The notes: generated from the letters alone by a model not told the origin. 64,000 nucleotides of DNA from an archaeon (GCA_029258795.1 JAPDKB010000007.1:55070-119069); one strand, 5' to 3'; shown: positions 9,282-19,289, counted from the first letter of the stretch. Made by a program: numbers and translations.

Positions 9282-11060
9282 TCACTTCACCGTCACACTC
9301 TTCGCCAGGTTTCTCGGCTTGTCAGGGTCATAACCGCGCAGCACCGCTATGCGATATGCGAGATACTGGACGGGGAGAATTGAAAGAATGGCATTTCCTA
9401 TTTCGGTGTGAGGTACCTTTATGAACTCATCGAAAACCTCATGCCTCCTTGAACCAATTCCTATTATCCACCCGCCCCTGCTCTTCACTTCCATCGCGTT
9501 GCTCACAATTTCGTCATGGGTTTCATCTTCCGGGGCAAAAACGATACATGGCGTGCCCTTTTCTATCAGAGCTATGTTGCCGTGCTTTAAAGCTCCACCA
9601 GCGAACCCCTCAGCATGGATGTAGGTGACTTCCTTTATTTTGAGTGCTGCCTCCAGCGCCATGGCGTGAGATATTCCCCTTCCTATGCAAAAAATGTGGT
9701 GCTTCTCCACCATCCTCTCCGCAAGCCCGTCCAAAAAGTTTCTGTTGCCGGGTGAGAGCACATCCCTGATGTGCGGAACCAAATCCTCATAAGCTTTTCT
9801 CACTTCCTTTGCTTTCTGAACGGTTGCATAAGCCAGAGTTTCCAGTATGGCTAGCTGTGCTGTGAAGGACTTTGTGGCAACCACACATATTTCTGGGCCG
9901 CAGTTCATGAGGATTGTGAAGTCCGCCATCCTCATCAGGGTGGAGCCCATAACATTCGTTATTGCCATTATCCTGGCTTTCTTTTTCTTGGCTGTCTTAA
10001 CTGCATCAAGCACATCAGCAGTTTCCCCACTCTGAGATATGGCAACAACAAGCGTCTTGGGGGTTATAAAGTGCTCGTAATATTTGAACTCGGAAGCATC
10101 AACCACATTTATGTGTTTTTTTGCCACCTTCGAGAAAATGTATGAGGATGCCAGCGCCGCGTAATAAGATGAGCCGCACGCCACAAAAAACACACCGTAA
10201 GCTTCATTCAACATGCGGGCTGCTTTCTCAATAACCTTTTCCGGCTGCATCACAGCTTTGAGTATCGTGTCCTCCTGCTCCATGATTTCCTTTTCCATGA
10301 AGTGAGGATAACCCTGCTTCTCCGCTCTGCTCACATCCCATTCTATGATAATGGGATTCTTTTTCTTTAGGACATCCCTCTCCAAATCAATTATCCACAC
10401 ACCATTCTCCGTCACAACACCCATTTCGTGGTCATCTAGAAATATTGCTTTTTTCGTGTGCTCTAAAAATGCAACGGGATCACTGCATATGAAGTGGCCG
10501 TGGTCAGCCATGCCTATAACGAGGGGTGAGTCCTTTCTCGCGCATAACAACGCTTTACTGCCACCATGAGCAGCTATAATTGCATAGCTTCCCTTCAGCT
10601 CACGTATCGCCTCTCTGAACGCCATCCCAAAGCTCATGCCCGCCTTCATATTTTCCTCGATGAGGTGTGCCACCACCTCGCTATCAGTGTCTGATGAAAA
10701 CTCGTGCCCCTTTCTTTCCAGACGCCTGCGGAGTTCAGCATAGTTTTCTATAATGCCGTTGTGAACTATCGCTATGTTTCCTGTGCAGTCAAGATGCGGA
10801 TGAGCGTTGGCTTCACACACACCACCGTGTGTTGCCCACCTTGTATGACCTATGGCTGCATGAGCATTAACCCCATCATCAAATCTTAATGTTGCTTCAC
10901 TTATAGCACCAACATATTTTTTTACCGCCACACTTGGATTTGAAACAAGGGCAATACCCCAAGAATCGTAACCCCTGTACTCGAGCTTTCTGAGACCGTC
11001 CAGAATGATATCCTGCAACTCCTCTCTTTTACGTCCGATGTATCCCACTATACCACACAT
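9282..11060 (-). CDS. glmS: Glutamine--fructose-6-phosphate aminotransferase
   Basis: N-terminal MCGIVGY (Ntn amidotransferase), two SIS domains, C-terminal ...LAKSVTVK. Confidence 0.95.
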   Translation of the reverse strand: MCGIVGYIGRKREELQDIILDGLRKLEYRGYDSWGIALVSNPSVAVKKYVGAISEATLRFDDGVNAHAAIGHTRWATHGGVCEANAHPHLDCTGNIAIVHNGIIENYAELRRRLERKGHEFSSDTDSEVVAHLIEENMKAGMSFGMAFREAIRELKGSYAIIAAHGGSKALLCARKDSPLVIGMADHGHFICSDPVAFLEHTKKAIFLDDHEMGVVTENGVWIIDLERDVLKKKNPIIIEWDVSRAEKQGYPHFMEKEIMEQEDTILKAVMQPEKVIEKAARMLNEAYGVFFVACGSSYYAALASSYIFSKVAKKHINVVDASEFKYYEHFITPKTLVVAISQSGETADVLDAVKTAKKKKARIMAITNVMGSTLMRMADFTILMNCGPEICVVATKSFTAQLAILETLAYATVQKAKEVRKAYEDLVPHIRDVLSPGNRNFLDGLAERMVEKHHIFCIGRGISHAMALEAALKIKEVTYIHAEGFAGGALKHGNIALIEKGTPCIVFAPEDETHDEIVSNAMEVKSRGGWIIGIGSRRHEVFDEFIKVPHTEIGNAILSILPVQYLAYRIAVLRGYDPDKPRNLAKSVTVK

Positions 11061-11301
11061 GAGAATGTATCGAGAACATCATTCCTTATAAATCTACATT
11101 AAGAGTGCGTATTAAACACTAAAATCCGATTTTTAGATAAGTTTTAAATAGCACCTTTTATACCATCTTGAGATGTCGATATGCTTGAAGGTAAATTTAT
11201 AAATCTTATCAAAAGTTTACAGTACATTCTAACAAAAGCTATTAAAATATTACAAATAATTTTTTAATATCGCTACAATCATTCAACCAGGGTTGTGTTT
11301 T

Positions 11302-12246
11302 ATGCCGTTCATAATAAAGGACGATGGAAAGATTCAGAAGATGAAAAGTGCCGAGATAATAAAAGACGCCGGGAAGTTGAGAGCTCTTCTCCACGAAACA
11401 CGATGGAAGATTCTGGAATTGCTGGCCGAAAAGCCGAGACACGCGCTCGAAATTGCAAGAATACTGGGGGAGCACGAGCAGAAGATATATTATCACATCA
11501 GGCAGCTTGAAAACATGGGTTTGATACGCTTGGTCAAAAAGGTCGAAAGACACGGCACGATAGCCAAAATCTATACCCTGAAATCTCACGCTTTTATACT
11601 CGACCTCCCCGGCGGGACTGAGGAGTCCATCGACAACCCCATACCTAAAAAAGACAAACATCTTTTGAAGTTTCTGCACCCCCACATAATAAACGGCAAA
11701 ATCAACACAACCATTGTTGTGGGTTCTCCGGACCCTCACGGCCCCTATCAGGTAAGAGCAAGGGACGCCCACCACGCAATAGAGCTTGCGGTTTTGCTTG
11801 GGAGCTATGCTCCGGAGGTAGAGAGGGCATCTGTTAAACTTGATGTCGAGGTGAAGGCCTCAAAAGCTTTTGATTCCAACATGATTCTGGTGGGAGGTGT
11901 GCTGACCAACACCATAACCTACGAAATAAACCCTCATCTCCCGATAAGGTTTGATACGTCCAGCTTTCCTTTTCGTAAAATGATATCCACGCTTTCCGGC
12001 AAAACCTACGAGTATGAGACCTCCGGCCTGATCGCGAAACTTCCCAACCCGTTCAACCCGGAGAAATCAATAATAGTTCTTGCCGGAACACGGCATGCCG
12101 GAACCAAAGCAGCGATACTTGCCTTATGCAAGTTCAGTAAAGAAGTGCTGTCAGATTATGAAGGAGAGGATTTGTGGGCGCGTGTGATAAGAGGTATGGA
12201 TCTTGATGGTGATGGAAGGATAGATAGTGTGGAAGTTATTGAGTGA
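11302..12246 (+). CDS. ArsR-family winged-helix protein with an uncharacterised C-terminal alpha/beta domain
   Basis: N-terminus LRALLHETRWKILELLAEKPRHALEIARILGEHEQKIYYHIRQLENMGLI is ArsR/SmtB-type HTH. I do not recognise the C-terminal ~200 aa. ATG at 11302 (the track uses an upstream TTG at 11293). Confidence 0.7.
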   Translation: MPFIIKDDGKIQKMKSAEIIKDAGKLRALLHETRWKILELLAEKPRHALEIARILGEHEQKIYYHIRQLENMGLIRLVKKVERHGTIAKIYTLKSHAFILDLPGGTEESIDNPIPKKDKHLLKFLHPHIINGKINTTIVVGSPDPHGPYQVRARDAHHAIELAVLLGSYAPEVERASVKLDVEVKASKAFDSNMILVGGVLTNTITYEINPHLPIRFDTSSFPFRKMISTLSGKTYEYETSGLIAKLPNPFNPEKSIIVLAGTRHAGTKAAILALCKFSKEVLSDYEGEDLWARVIRGMDLDGDGRIDSVEVIE

Positions 12247-12290
12247 TGTGTGTATAAACTTTTTATTATCGAGTTTTCTTAAAATGGATA

Positions 12291-13325
12291 ATGAAAGAAG
12301 TGAAAATAAATATATCCATAACAATAAGTAGAAGACATTTCTTTATACTATCGGGTTTGCTTATTTTAATTGCATTAACAAATCTCTCGAGTTTTATTAA
12401 AGCGGACATTAGTAACGGAGTTTATCACAATTTAAGGGACATTGTTACAGATATAGGGGGCGGGTTAGAGAATGTGGCAACATCGGATGGTTACATAAAT
12501 TCCAAATTTCTGAAAATAACCAGAAACCTGAACATGAATGGGCATAATGTGGTTAATGCAAACCAGGTTAGTGCAAATACGATAAAGGAAGGTGGGAGCT
12601 TACTGAGCGATAAATATGCCATAAAAAGCCACACACACGATACAAGGTATTACACTAAAGGTCAATCAGACAGCAGATTTTTGAATGTTGCTGGAGACAC
12701 CATGTACGGAGACCTAAACATGAATGGATATAGTGTGGTTAATGCGAACAAAATTTCCGGGAACCAGTTGTGCATAGGCACAGAATGTAAAACTAGTTGG
12801 AGTGAGATTAGCGGTGGATGCGTAATTGAAGGGAGGAGAGTTTCCGATGGTGTATGGGTCATACTTGCTGATGCGGCATCAGTAGATACTAATTGTTTCT
12901 ATGACTGGGGGAGAAATTGTTATAAATTAGAAGTGGTTTATAGTAGTGGGTTTAGAAGATGGGGTAGCGGTCAGAGAAGGGTAACTAAGAATGGTGCTTT
13001 GCTTGGGGTTTGTACTAGTGGCTCAGATCCTAAAACTTCCGACGGTTATTGGATTAGTGCGGGAACCGATGGCGACTATGGTGGGAATCCTTCTGCAATG
13101 AAACAATATTGCGAAAATTGTTTGGGTGGATACGGGGATGTAGAGCAGTTTAGTTGGTATTGGCCAAGCGGGTGTTATTGTACTCGGGTAACTTCGGATT
13201 GTCGATGTACCGGCTGTGTTCCTGCAAATAGCGGTTCTGCTGTGAAAAGTTTTGTTTGTTGTAAACCTGAAACGATATATGATGGTCTACGAGTTAGATG
13301 TGGAAGTAACACATACTATTACTGA
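12291..13325 (+). CDS. Secreted/anchored protein with tail-fibre-like repeats and a Cys-rich C-terminal domain
   Basis: N-terminal hydrophobic anchor (FFILSGLLILIALTNL). A duplicated motif (LNMNGHNVVNANQVS / GDTMYGDLNMNGYSVVNANKIS) resembles phage tail-fibre/adhesin repeats. The C-terminal half contains about 20 Cys (CYCTRVTSDCRCTGC, FVCCKPE). Confidence 0.6.
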   Translation: MKEVKINISITISRRHFFILSGLLILIALTNLSSFIKADISNGVYHNLRDIVTDIGGGLENVATSDGYINSKFLKITRNLNMNGHNVVNANQVSANTIKEGGSLLSDKYAIKSHTHDTRYYTKGQSDSRFLNVAGDTMYGDLNMNGYSVVNANKISGNQLCIGTECKTSWSEISGGCVIEGRRVSDGVWVILADAASVDTNCFYDWGRNCYKLEVVYSSGFRRWGSGQRRVTKNGALLGVCTSGSDPKTSDGYWISAGTDGDYGGNPSAMKQYCENCLGGYGDVEQFSWYWPSGCYCTRVTSDCRCTGCVPANSGSAVKSFVCCKPETIYDGLRVRCGSNTYYY

Positions 13326-13349
13326 TTTTTTGATAATATTCGAAATGCC

Positions 13350-14285
13350 TCATTTTTCCTCCTTTTCCTTTATCAGCTTCACGAGCTCATCCGCTTCCTC
13401 GATATCGCTCAATTCATCCAAACCTATGGTAGCCACGCCCTCTATACCCTTCCTTCTGGATTCCCGTGTCAGGAGGAATTTGTGGACGGAACAGAAATCT
13501 GCAAAGCTTTTAAACCTCGCTACGGCCCTTCTATTCACCGTGCTGAGACAGATTTTGGTGGCAATAACTTCCTCTTCCTTTTTCTTTTCTTCCTTCGCAA
13601 CATTCATCGCGTCTGCAGGAGCTCTCTTCACAAAATAACACCTGAAGCCATACCTGAGCATGAATCTATCAAACTTTCTTTCAAGAGTTGTTGAAGGCCT
13701 TTCCTTTTCTGGCTGGAACTTCCACTCAAATATGTTGATGGGCTTCGTTATTCTTTCATCGAAGAAGTTTTCGATTTTCTCTACCACCTCCAGACTCGCT
13801 TTGCCTTCGCGCTCCATCAAGTATATTGTTTTTTTGGTCACATTTATTCTCTCGGCCAGATCGTCCATACTCATCTCTCTGGATTTTCTGAGGTCTCTGA
13901 CCTTGGAAGCATCAACGCTTGCAATTCTCTTTCCTTTTTTGGATAATGTAAAAACTTCCTCACCCTCTATGATTCGTTTGAAGGTGGAAACAGACACCAC
14001 TGGAATGTTAAATCTTTCATAAATCACATCATCCTCCACTCTAAAGTTCCTGCCTCTCACAGCAATTATGATTGGAGTGGCGTTAAGGACAGATGCCATG
14101 GTTTTCAAATTTCTGGCCTGTTCTTCTCCATAGCTGTCCACATTGGCAAGAACCTTCGCCAGCAGTATTTTTTCATCTCTTTTTGCTATGATATCAAAGG
14201 CCTCACGTTCCATGATCAGAATAGAGTAACCGCTCTGTAAAAGCACATCCCTGACTTCCTGTAAAAGCTTGTACTGAAGTAACAT
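13350..14285 (-). CDS. Archaeal HTH (XRE/Cro-C1 type) transcriptional regulator, COG1395-like
   Basis: Central HTH MSMDDLAERINVTKKTIYLMEREGKASLEVVEKIE, flanked by N- and C-terminal domains of the conserved archaeal 'putative HTH-type transcriptional regulatory protein' family. Confidence 0.75.
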   Translation of the reverse strand: MLLQYKLLQEVRDVLLQSGYSILIMEREAFDIIAKRDEKILLAKVLANVDSYGEEQARNLKTMASVLNATPIIIAVRGRNFRVEDDVIYERFNIPVVSVSTFKRIIEGEEVFTLSKKGKRIASVDASKVRDLRKSREMSMDDLAERINVTKKTIYLMEREGKASLEVVEKIENFFDERITKPINIFEWKFQPEKERPSTTLERKFDRFMLRYGFRCYFVKRAPADAMNVAKEEKKKEEEVIATKICLSTVNRRAVARFKSFADFCSVHKFLLTRESRRKGIEGVATIGLDELSDIEEADELVKLIKEKEEK

Positions 14286-14493
14286 ATAAATCGCACCTAT
14301 TTCAATAAAATGTGGTCAATCTTTAAAGATTTTTTGAATGGAATTGCAATATTTGAATGGAGTAAGTTAGCGGTGCTTCTCGATTCTCGAAATCTTTAAA
14401 AAAACTACCTCACGATTAATACATAACTTCTAGTGGGTTGGAAAAATGAAGTAAATACTGGAGAAAAAGGTGACTGTTTCAGAGGTGTTGAAT

Positions 14494-15198
14494 ATGGATG
14501 TTGCGCCGGACATAATGGGATACGACAGGGCCATCGTGATCTTCTCGCCAGATGGTCGGCTGTTTCAGGTTGAGTATGCGAGGGAAGCTGTGAAAAAGGG
14601 TACTACAGCCATTGGTGTGGTGTACGATGAAGGTGTGGTGTTGGTGACCACAAGAAAGAAGAGCAATGTTGTCATGTCTGGTGAAAAAATAGCTAAGGTG
14701 GACGATCACATAGGCATAGCTTCTGCTGGATTGGTGGCGGATGCGAGAATTCTGGTTGATATGGCGAGAATAAAGGCCCAGCAAAACCGCTTGCTTTATG
14801 ATGAGCCCATAACTGTCAAATCCATGGCCAAGTTTCTGGCTGACAGACAGCAGCTATACACACAGTATGCGGGAGTAAGGCCGTACGGTGTATCCCTCCT
14901 TATAGGCGGTTATGATCTCGAGCCCAAGCTCTTTGAGACGGACCCTTCTGGCGTGATGCTGGAAGCTAAAGCAAGAGCGATAGGAAGGAACAGCGATAAG
15001 ATAAACGAGGCGCTGGAAAAAAGCTACAAGAAGGGAATGAAGTTCAAGGACGCAGTAAAGATGGTGATTGACCTCTACAATAAACACGAGAAAGATCTGA
15101 AAATAACCAAGGACACATTTTTCGGGGTAAAGATAGACAGAGAAGGGTTTAAGGAGATTGATGTGAAAGAACTGAGCAAGCACGGGATAAAGCTATGA
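14494..15198 (+). CDS. psmA: Proteasome subunit alpha
   Basis: YDRAIVIFSPDGRLFQVEYAREAVKKGTTAIGV signature. ATG at 14494 (the track starts at an upstream GTG at 14470). Confidence 0.93.
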   Translation: MDVAPDIMGYDRAIVIFSPDGRLFQVEYAREAVKKGTTAIGVVYDEGVVLVTTRKKSNVVMSGEKIAKVDDHIGIASAGLVADARILVDMARIKAQQNRLLYDEPITVKSMAKFLADRQQLYTQYAGVRPYGVSLLIGGYDLEPKLFETDPSGVMLEAKARAIGRNSDKINEALEKSYKKGMKFKDAVKMVIDLYNKHEKDLKITKDTFFGVKIDREGFKEIDVKELSKHGIKL

Positions 15199-15887
15199 GC
15201 AGCAAAGAGATAATTGCAAGGATCAAAAAACATGGATTGAAGTTCGAAATCGTTATTGATAAGGACAAATACTTGGAGTACAAGGAAGGGAAGATAAAAG
15301 AGCTGCGAGATATATTGATAGGGGATGCTGTTTTTAGCGATGCGAGCAAGGCGATGCGGGCAAAAAAGGAGGATCTGGAAAAAGCTTTTGGCACCACGGA
15401 CTTTTTCAAGATAGCAGAGGAGATAATAAAGGACGGGGAGGTGCAGATAACAACAGAAGAAAGAAGAAAGCTGATTGAGGAAAAGCGAAAGAGAATAGTG
15501 GATATGATTTCCAAGAGGTGCATAAACCCCCAAACCGGCAAGCCACATCCACCCCAGCGTATAGAGATAGCGATGGAACAGGCCAATGTACACATAGACC
15601 CATTTAAAAATGTTGAGGAACAATATAAGGCAGTTGTTGAAGCTCTCAGAAAAATACTGCCCTTAAGGGTTGAATACAGGGATTATGTGGTCAGAATTCC
15701 TGTGGAATATGCTGGTAAGGTAAGAAGCGTTGTTGTTGATATGTGCACCCTGAAGAAAGAGGAGTGGTCCTCAAACTACTGGTATGCTGAAATTGAGATG
15801 TTGGCTGCGATGGAGGAAGATGTGTTTTCAAAGCTCAACTCCATAACGCACGGACATGTTGAAAGCAAACTGTTGAATAAAAGGTGA
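15195..15887 (+). CDS. SBDS-family ribosome maturation protein (Sdo1)
   Basis: 230 aa with N-terminus IARIKKHGLKFEIVIDKDKYLEYKEG. It occupies the conserved position between psmA and rrp4. Confidence 0.85.
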   Translation: MSSKEIIARIKKHGLKFEIVIDKDKYLEYKEGKIKELRDILIGDAVFSDASKAMRAKKEDLEKAFGTTDFFKIAEEIIKDGEVQITTEERRKLIEEKRKRIVDMISKRCINPQTGKPHPPQRIEIAMEQANVHIDPFKNVEEQYKAVVEALRKILPLRVEYRDYVVRIPVEYAGKVRSVVVDMCTLKKEEWSSNYWYAEIEMLAAMEEDVFSKLNSITHGHVESKLLNKR

Positions 15888-16621
15888 TGATAAAGAAAAA
15901 GGTGAGTGTGATGAGCTCAGATAGTAAAACGGAAATTGTGTTACCGGGAGATGTTCTGTATAAAGGTAAGAATATGTTACCCGGAAGAGGTACATACCGT
16001 TTGGGTGATGAAATCATTGCTAAAGTCGTTGGACTGAAAGCAATAAAAAACAGAACCGTAAGCGTAATACCTCTTGCCGGAACTTACATTCCAAAAGCAG
16101 GAGATTACGTTATTGGAGAGGTTGTGGAGATAGGGCTGAACTACTGGCTCATCGATATAAACTCTCCATACCAGGCAGCTCTGCTCATGTTTGACCTGCC
16201 GGAGTTTGTGGAGAAAAACACTGATATTTCTCGCTACTACGACTTCGGAGACATAGTGTTTGCGAAGATAACCAACGTCACCAAAACAAAATACATCAAC
16301 CTGACAATGAAAGATCCCAAGTGTAAGAAGCTGATCGGAGGGTTGATAGTGCACATAACTCCAAGTAAAGTTCCGCGACTCATAGGAAAAAAGGGGTCTA
16401 TGATCAACATGATAAAGAATTTGACCGGCAGCAAGATTTTGGTCGGACAGAATGGTAGAGTGTGGATAAAGGGTGGAAAAGAAACTCTGGCTGCCGAAGC
16501 AATCTACATGATTGATAAGTACTCTCATCAGAGCGGATTAACCGAGAAGATTGAGGAGTTTCTCAAAAAAGAGTTGGAAAAAGAAGCAAAGGGTGAAATA
16601 AATGCCGAAAAAGAAGAGTGA
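15884..16621 (+). CDS. rrp4: Exosome complex RNA-binding subunit Rrp4 (S1 + KH)
   Basis: VLPGDVL N-terminal motif, S1-like GDYVIGEVVEI, KH motif LIGKKGSMINMIK. Operon context supports the call. Confidence 0.85.
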   Translation: MMIKKKVSVMSSDSKTEIVLPGDVLYKGKNMLPGRGTYRLGDEIIAKVVGLKAIKNRTVSVIPLAGTYIPKAGDYVIGEVVEIGLNYWLIDINSPYQAALLMFDLPEFVEKNTDISRYYDFGDIVFAKITNVTKTKYINLTMKDPKCKKLIGGLIVHITPSKVPRLIGKKGSMINMIKNLTGSKILVGQNGRVWIKGGKETLAAEAIYMIDKYSHQSGLTEKIEEFLKKELEKEAKGEINAEKEE

Positions 16622-17360
16622 GGAAAGTAAAAGTAATAATAAAGGAGCTGTAAGACCTGACGGAAGGAAGGTGGATGAACTCAGGCCTGTTAAGATGGAA
16701 GTGGGAGTGATAGAGAGGGCTAACGGCTCTGCTTATGTTGAGTTTGGCAAGACAAAGGTTGTGGCAGCGGTTTACGGGCCGGAACCCATGCACCCCAGAC
16801 ATCTTGCTGATCCAGAAAAAGCGGTGCTCATCTGCCGTTACAACATGCTTCCGTTCTCGGTGGAGGATAGAAAGAAGCCCGGTCCCGACAGGAGAAGTAT
16901 AGAGATAAGCAAGGTGATCAAGGATGCTCTGTCAACCATAGTTGCGCTCGAGGAATTTCCCAAATGCATGATAAGCGTTGACATGGTTGTGTTGCAGGCG
17001 GACGCCGGTACAAGAGTGGCTGCACTTACCGCAGCATCTCTTGCCTTGGCCGATGCGGGCATACCCATGAGAGAGATGATGAGTGCCGTGGCTTGTGGAA
17101 GAGCCAACGGGAAGATAGTGGTGGACCTCACAAAAGAAGAGGAGGATGCGGAGGATGCGGTTGATGTACCCGTAGCGATGTCCTCTTTAACTAAAAAAAT
17201 AGCGCTTCTCCAGATGGATGGTGATATGACGCTGGAAGAGTTTGAAGAGATTCTAAACAAGGCGGAAGAGGCATGTTCAAAAATATACGATATGCAAAGA
17301 GAAGCTTTGCTGAATAAATATGAGAAAGAAGGTAAAGAGGTGAACATAAATGATGAGTAG
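16602..17360 (+). CDS. rrp41: Exosome complex exonuclease Rrp41 (RNase PH domain)
   Basis: RPDGRKVDELRPVKMEVGV...NGSAYVEFGKTKV and ADAGTRVAALTAASLALADAGIP are RNase PH signatures. Confidence 0.9.
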   Translation: MPKKKSEESKSNNKGAVRPDGRKVDELRPVKMEVGVIERANGSAYVEFGKTKVVAAVYGPEPMHPRHLADPEKAVLICRYNMLPFSVEDRKKPGPDRRSIEISKVIKDALSTIVALEEFPKCMISVDMVVLQADAGTRVAALTAASLALADAGIPMREMMSAVACGRANGKIVVDLTKEEEDAEDAVDVPVAMSSLTKKIALLQMDGDMTLEEFEEILNKAEEACSKIYDMQREALLNKYEKEGKEVNINDE

Positions 17361-18159
17361 CAAGCTTACTGCTGAATATGTCAGGAGTTTGATTGAGAGA
17401 GGTAAGAGATTGGATGGAAGAAAGCTGGACGAATTCAGAGAGATTAAAATAAATTATGGTGTGTCGGAAAAAGCTGAAGGAAGTGCCGAGGTCATGATAG
17501 GCAACACGAGAGTTGTTGCCGGTGTGAAGATGGATATTGGCGAGCCCTATCCCGATATGCCCAACAAAGGTGTGCTTGTGACAAGCGCTGAGTTTCTGGC
17601 AATGGCCGCTCCCGAATTCGAGCCGGGTTTGCCGGGTGAGAATGCCATAGAACTGGCGAGAGTTGTGGATAGAGGTGTAAGGGAGAGCGGAGCCATTGAC
17701 CTTGAGAAACTTTGTCTGGTGGAGGGCGAAAAGGTCTGGGTGGTATTCCTTGACATATTCGTGCTGAACCACGATGGCAACCTGATAGATGCTGCAGGTA
17801 TAGCAGCCATAGCCGCGTTGCTGAATGCAAAGCTTCCAAAAATTACGGAAGATTACGAGATTGTGAGGGATGAGCTGACTGACCCACTTCCGATCAAAGA
17901 CATACCGATTCCGATAACAATCAGGAAATACGGAGAACATCTGTTGCTGGACACTACTGCACTGGAGGAAGATGTGCTTACAGGTAAGTTCACAGTGACC
18001 ACCAAAATAAACGGAAACATATGTGCTATGCAGCTCAGCGATGGAATGAGCATGACGAAGGATGAGGTGTTGCAGGCAGCCAGAATGGCAAGGGATGCTG
18101 CCACCAAGATAAGGGAAAAACTGTTCAAAGATAAGCTCAAGGAGCTCAAAAAAGCGTAA
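17350..18159 (+). CDS. rrp42: Exosome complex subunit Rrp42
   Basis: RLDGRKLDEFREIKINYGV...EGSAEVMIGNTRV is an RNase PH-like domain. It follows rrp41 with an overlap. Confidence 0.88.
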   Translation: MMSSKLTAEYVRSLIERGKRLDGRKLDEFREIKINYGVSEKAEGSAEVMIGNTRVVAGVKMDIGEPYPDMPNKGVLVTSAEFLAMAAPEFEPGLPGENAIELARVVDRGVRESGAIDLEKLCLVEGEKVWVVFLDIFVLNHDGNLIDAAGIAAIAALLNAKLPKITEDYEIVRDELTDPLPIKDIPIPITIRKYGEHLLLDTTALEEDVLTGKFTVTTKINGNICAMQLSDGMSMTKDEVLQAARMARDAATKIREKLFKDKLKELKKA

Positions 18160-18207
18160 CTTTAAAAAAATTTTTCCCGAAAATATGGCTGTTCCGGTGG
18201 TGTTCTT

Positions 18208-18531
18208 ATGGCACGCACGAAGAAGATTAAATCTGCGGCAAGATTCGGAGCAAGGTACGGTAAGAAGATCAGACACCTTGTTGCAGAGATAGAGTCCTCT
18301 TCCCGCGCCAAACATGTTTGCCCTCAATGTAAAGCCAGGAGGCTTAAAAGAGTCGCCGCGGGAATTTGGGAATGTAGAAAATGTGGCACGAAAGTTGCTG
18401 GCGGGGCATATGCCCCCAGCACTACTGCAGGCAAGATTCTGATGAAGGTTGAAAGGTTGGCCAAAATAAGTGAAGCCGAAAAAGTTAAAGAAGAGCTTGT
18501 GGATCTTCTGGAAAAGAAGGCGGAAGAGTAA
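18208..18531 (+). CDS. rpl37ae: Ribosomal protein L37Ae (eL43) with a C-terminal KE-rich extension
   Basis: MARTKKIKSAARFGARYGKKIR...CPQCKARRLKRVAAGIWECRKCG zinc ribbon. Confidence 0.9.
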   Translation: MARTKKIKSAARFGARYGKKIRHLVAEIESSSRAKHVCPQCKARRLKRVAAGIWECRKCGTKVAGGAYAPSTTAGKILMKVERLAKISEAEKVKEELVDLLEKKAEE

Positions 18532-18552
18532 AGATGGAGATGGTGATAAAAC

Positions 18553-18693
18553 ATGTCCGAATATATCTGTTACAGATGTGGAGCGAGGGTGGAGCTGAAT
18601 AATGTGAACACTGTTATCGCATGTCCAAATTGCGCGTGCAAGATATTGATAAAAGCTGTGCCGAACGTCGTTAAACGCGTTTCCTGTGACTGA
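18553..18693 (+). CDS. rpoP: DNA-directed RNA polymerase subunit P (Rpo12)
   Basis: 46-aa ORF absent from the supplied track: MSEYICYRCGARVELNNVNTVIACPNCACKILIKAVPNVVKRVSCD. It has a CxxC...CxxC zinc ribbon plus the ILxK motif, in the conserved position after rpl37ae. Confidence 0.75.
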   Translation: MSEYICYRCGARVELNNVNTVIACPNCACKILIKAVPNVVKRVSCD

Positions 18694-18695
18694 AA

Positions 18696-18929
18696 ATGCT
18701 CAGAGCTTTTCTTAAACTGGAAGAAGAAAATGAGGAAGAGGCAAAAAGGGTCTATCTTGCAGCTTTTTATGGAGATGTTGTGGAGGATTCCCGTGTTAAG
18801 GTCAAACATCTGCAGAAGGGAAAAGAGATAATATTCGAAATTGAGGCTAAGGATCCTGTTGCGATGAGGGCTGTGCTTAACAGCATTTTGAGAAACTATA
18901 AATTGATTTGCTCCTTAAAAGATGTTTAA
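18696..18929 (+). CDS. pcc1: KEOPS complex subunit Pcc1-like
   Basis: 77 aa. The pattern ...EIIFEIEAKDPVAMRAVLNSILRNYKLI resembles the Pcc1/CTAG family. It sits within the exosome superoperon. Confidence 0.6.
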   Translation: MLRAFLKLEEENEEEAKRVYLAAFYGDVVEDSRVKVKHLQKGKEIIFEIEAKDPVAMRAVLNSILRNYKLICSLKDV

Positions 18930-18950
18930 CGGGAGTGGAGGTGAGTTAAA

Positions 18951-19289
18951 ATGGTTGAGAATAGAGAGATGATCGCACAGTTCAACCAGCTTCAGCAGCA
19001 ACTTCAGCTGATACTGGTGCAGAAGGAGACAACATCTGCTCAAATTCAGGAGCTTAAGAATGCTCTTAAAGAAGTGGAGAAAGCAAAGGGAACTGTGTAT
19101 AAGGCAAGCGGTATGATAATGATAGAAATGACGGCTGAGGATGCAAAGAAGGATATAGAGATGGAACTGGAAACACTTGAGTTGAGGATGAAATCGCTTG
19201 AAAAGCAGGAGAAAGTTGTGAGAGATAAGCTCATGGAGTTGCGCGATAAGATTTACAGCTCACAGGCCGGTGGTGGAGCGGCTGGATGA
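18951..19289 (+). CDS. pfdB: Prefoldin beta subunit
   Basis: 112 aa with coiled coil, hairpin (VYKASGMIMIEM) and coiled coil. GGAGGTGA precedes the ATG. Confidence 0.85.
   Translation: MVENREMIAQFNQLQQQLQLILVQKETTSAQIQELKNALKEVEKAKGTVYKASGMIMIEMTAEDAKKDIEMELETLELRMKSLEKQEKVVRDKLMELRDKIYSSQAGGGAAG

Noticed and set aside
17191-18327. 378-aa ORF on the minus strand
   Set aside because: It is antisense to rrp41, rrp42 and the rpl37ae start, all of which have strong family signatures and operon context. It is a shadow ORF.
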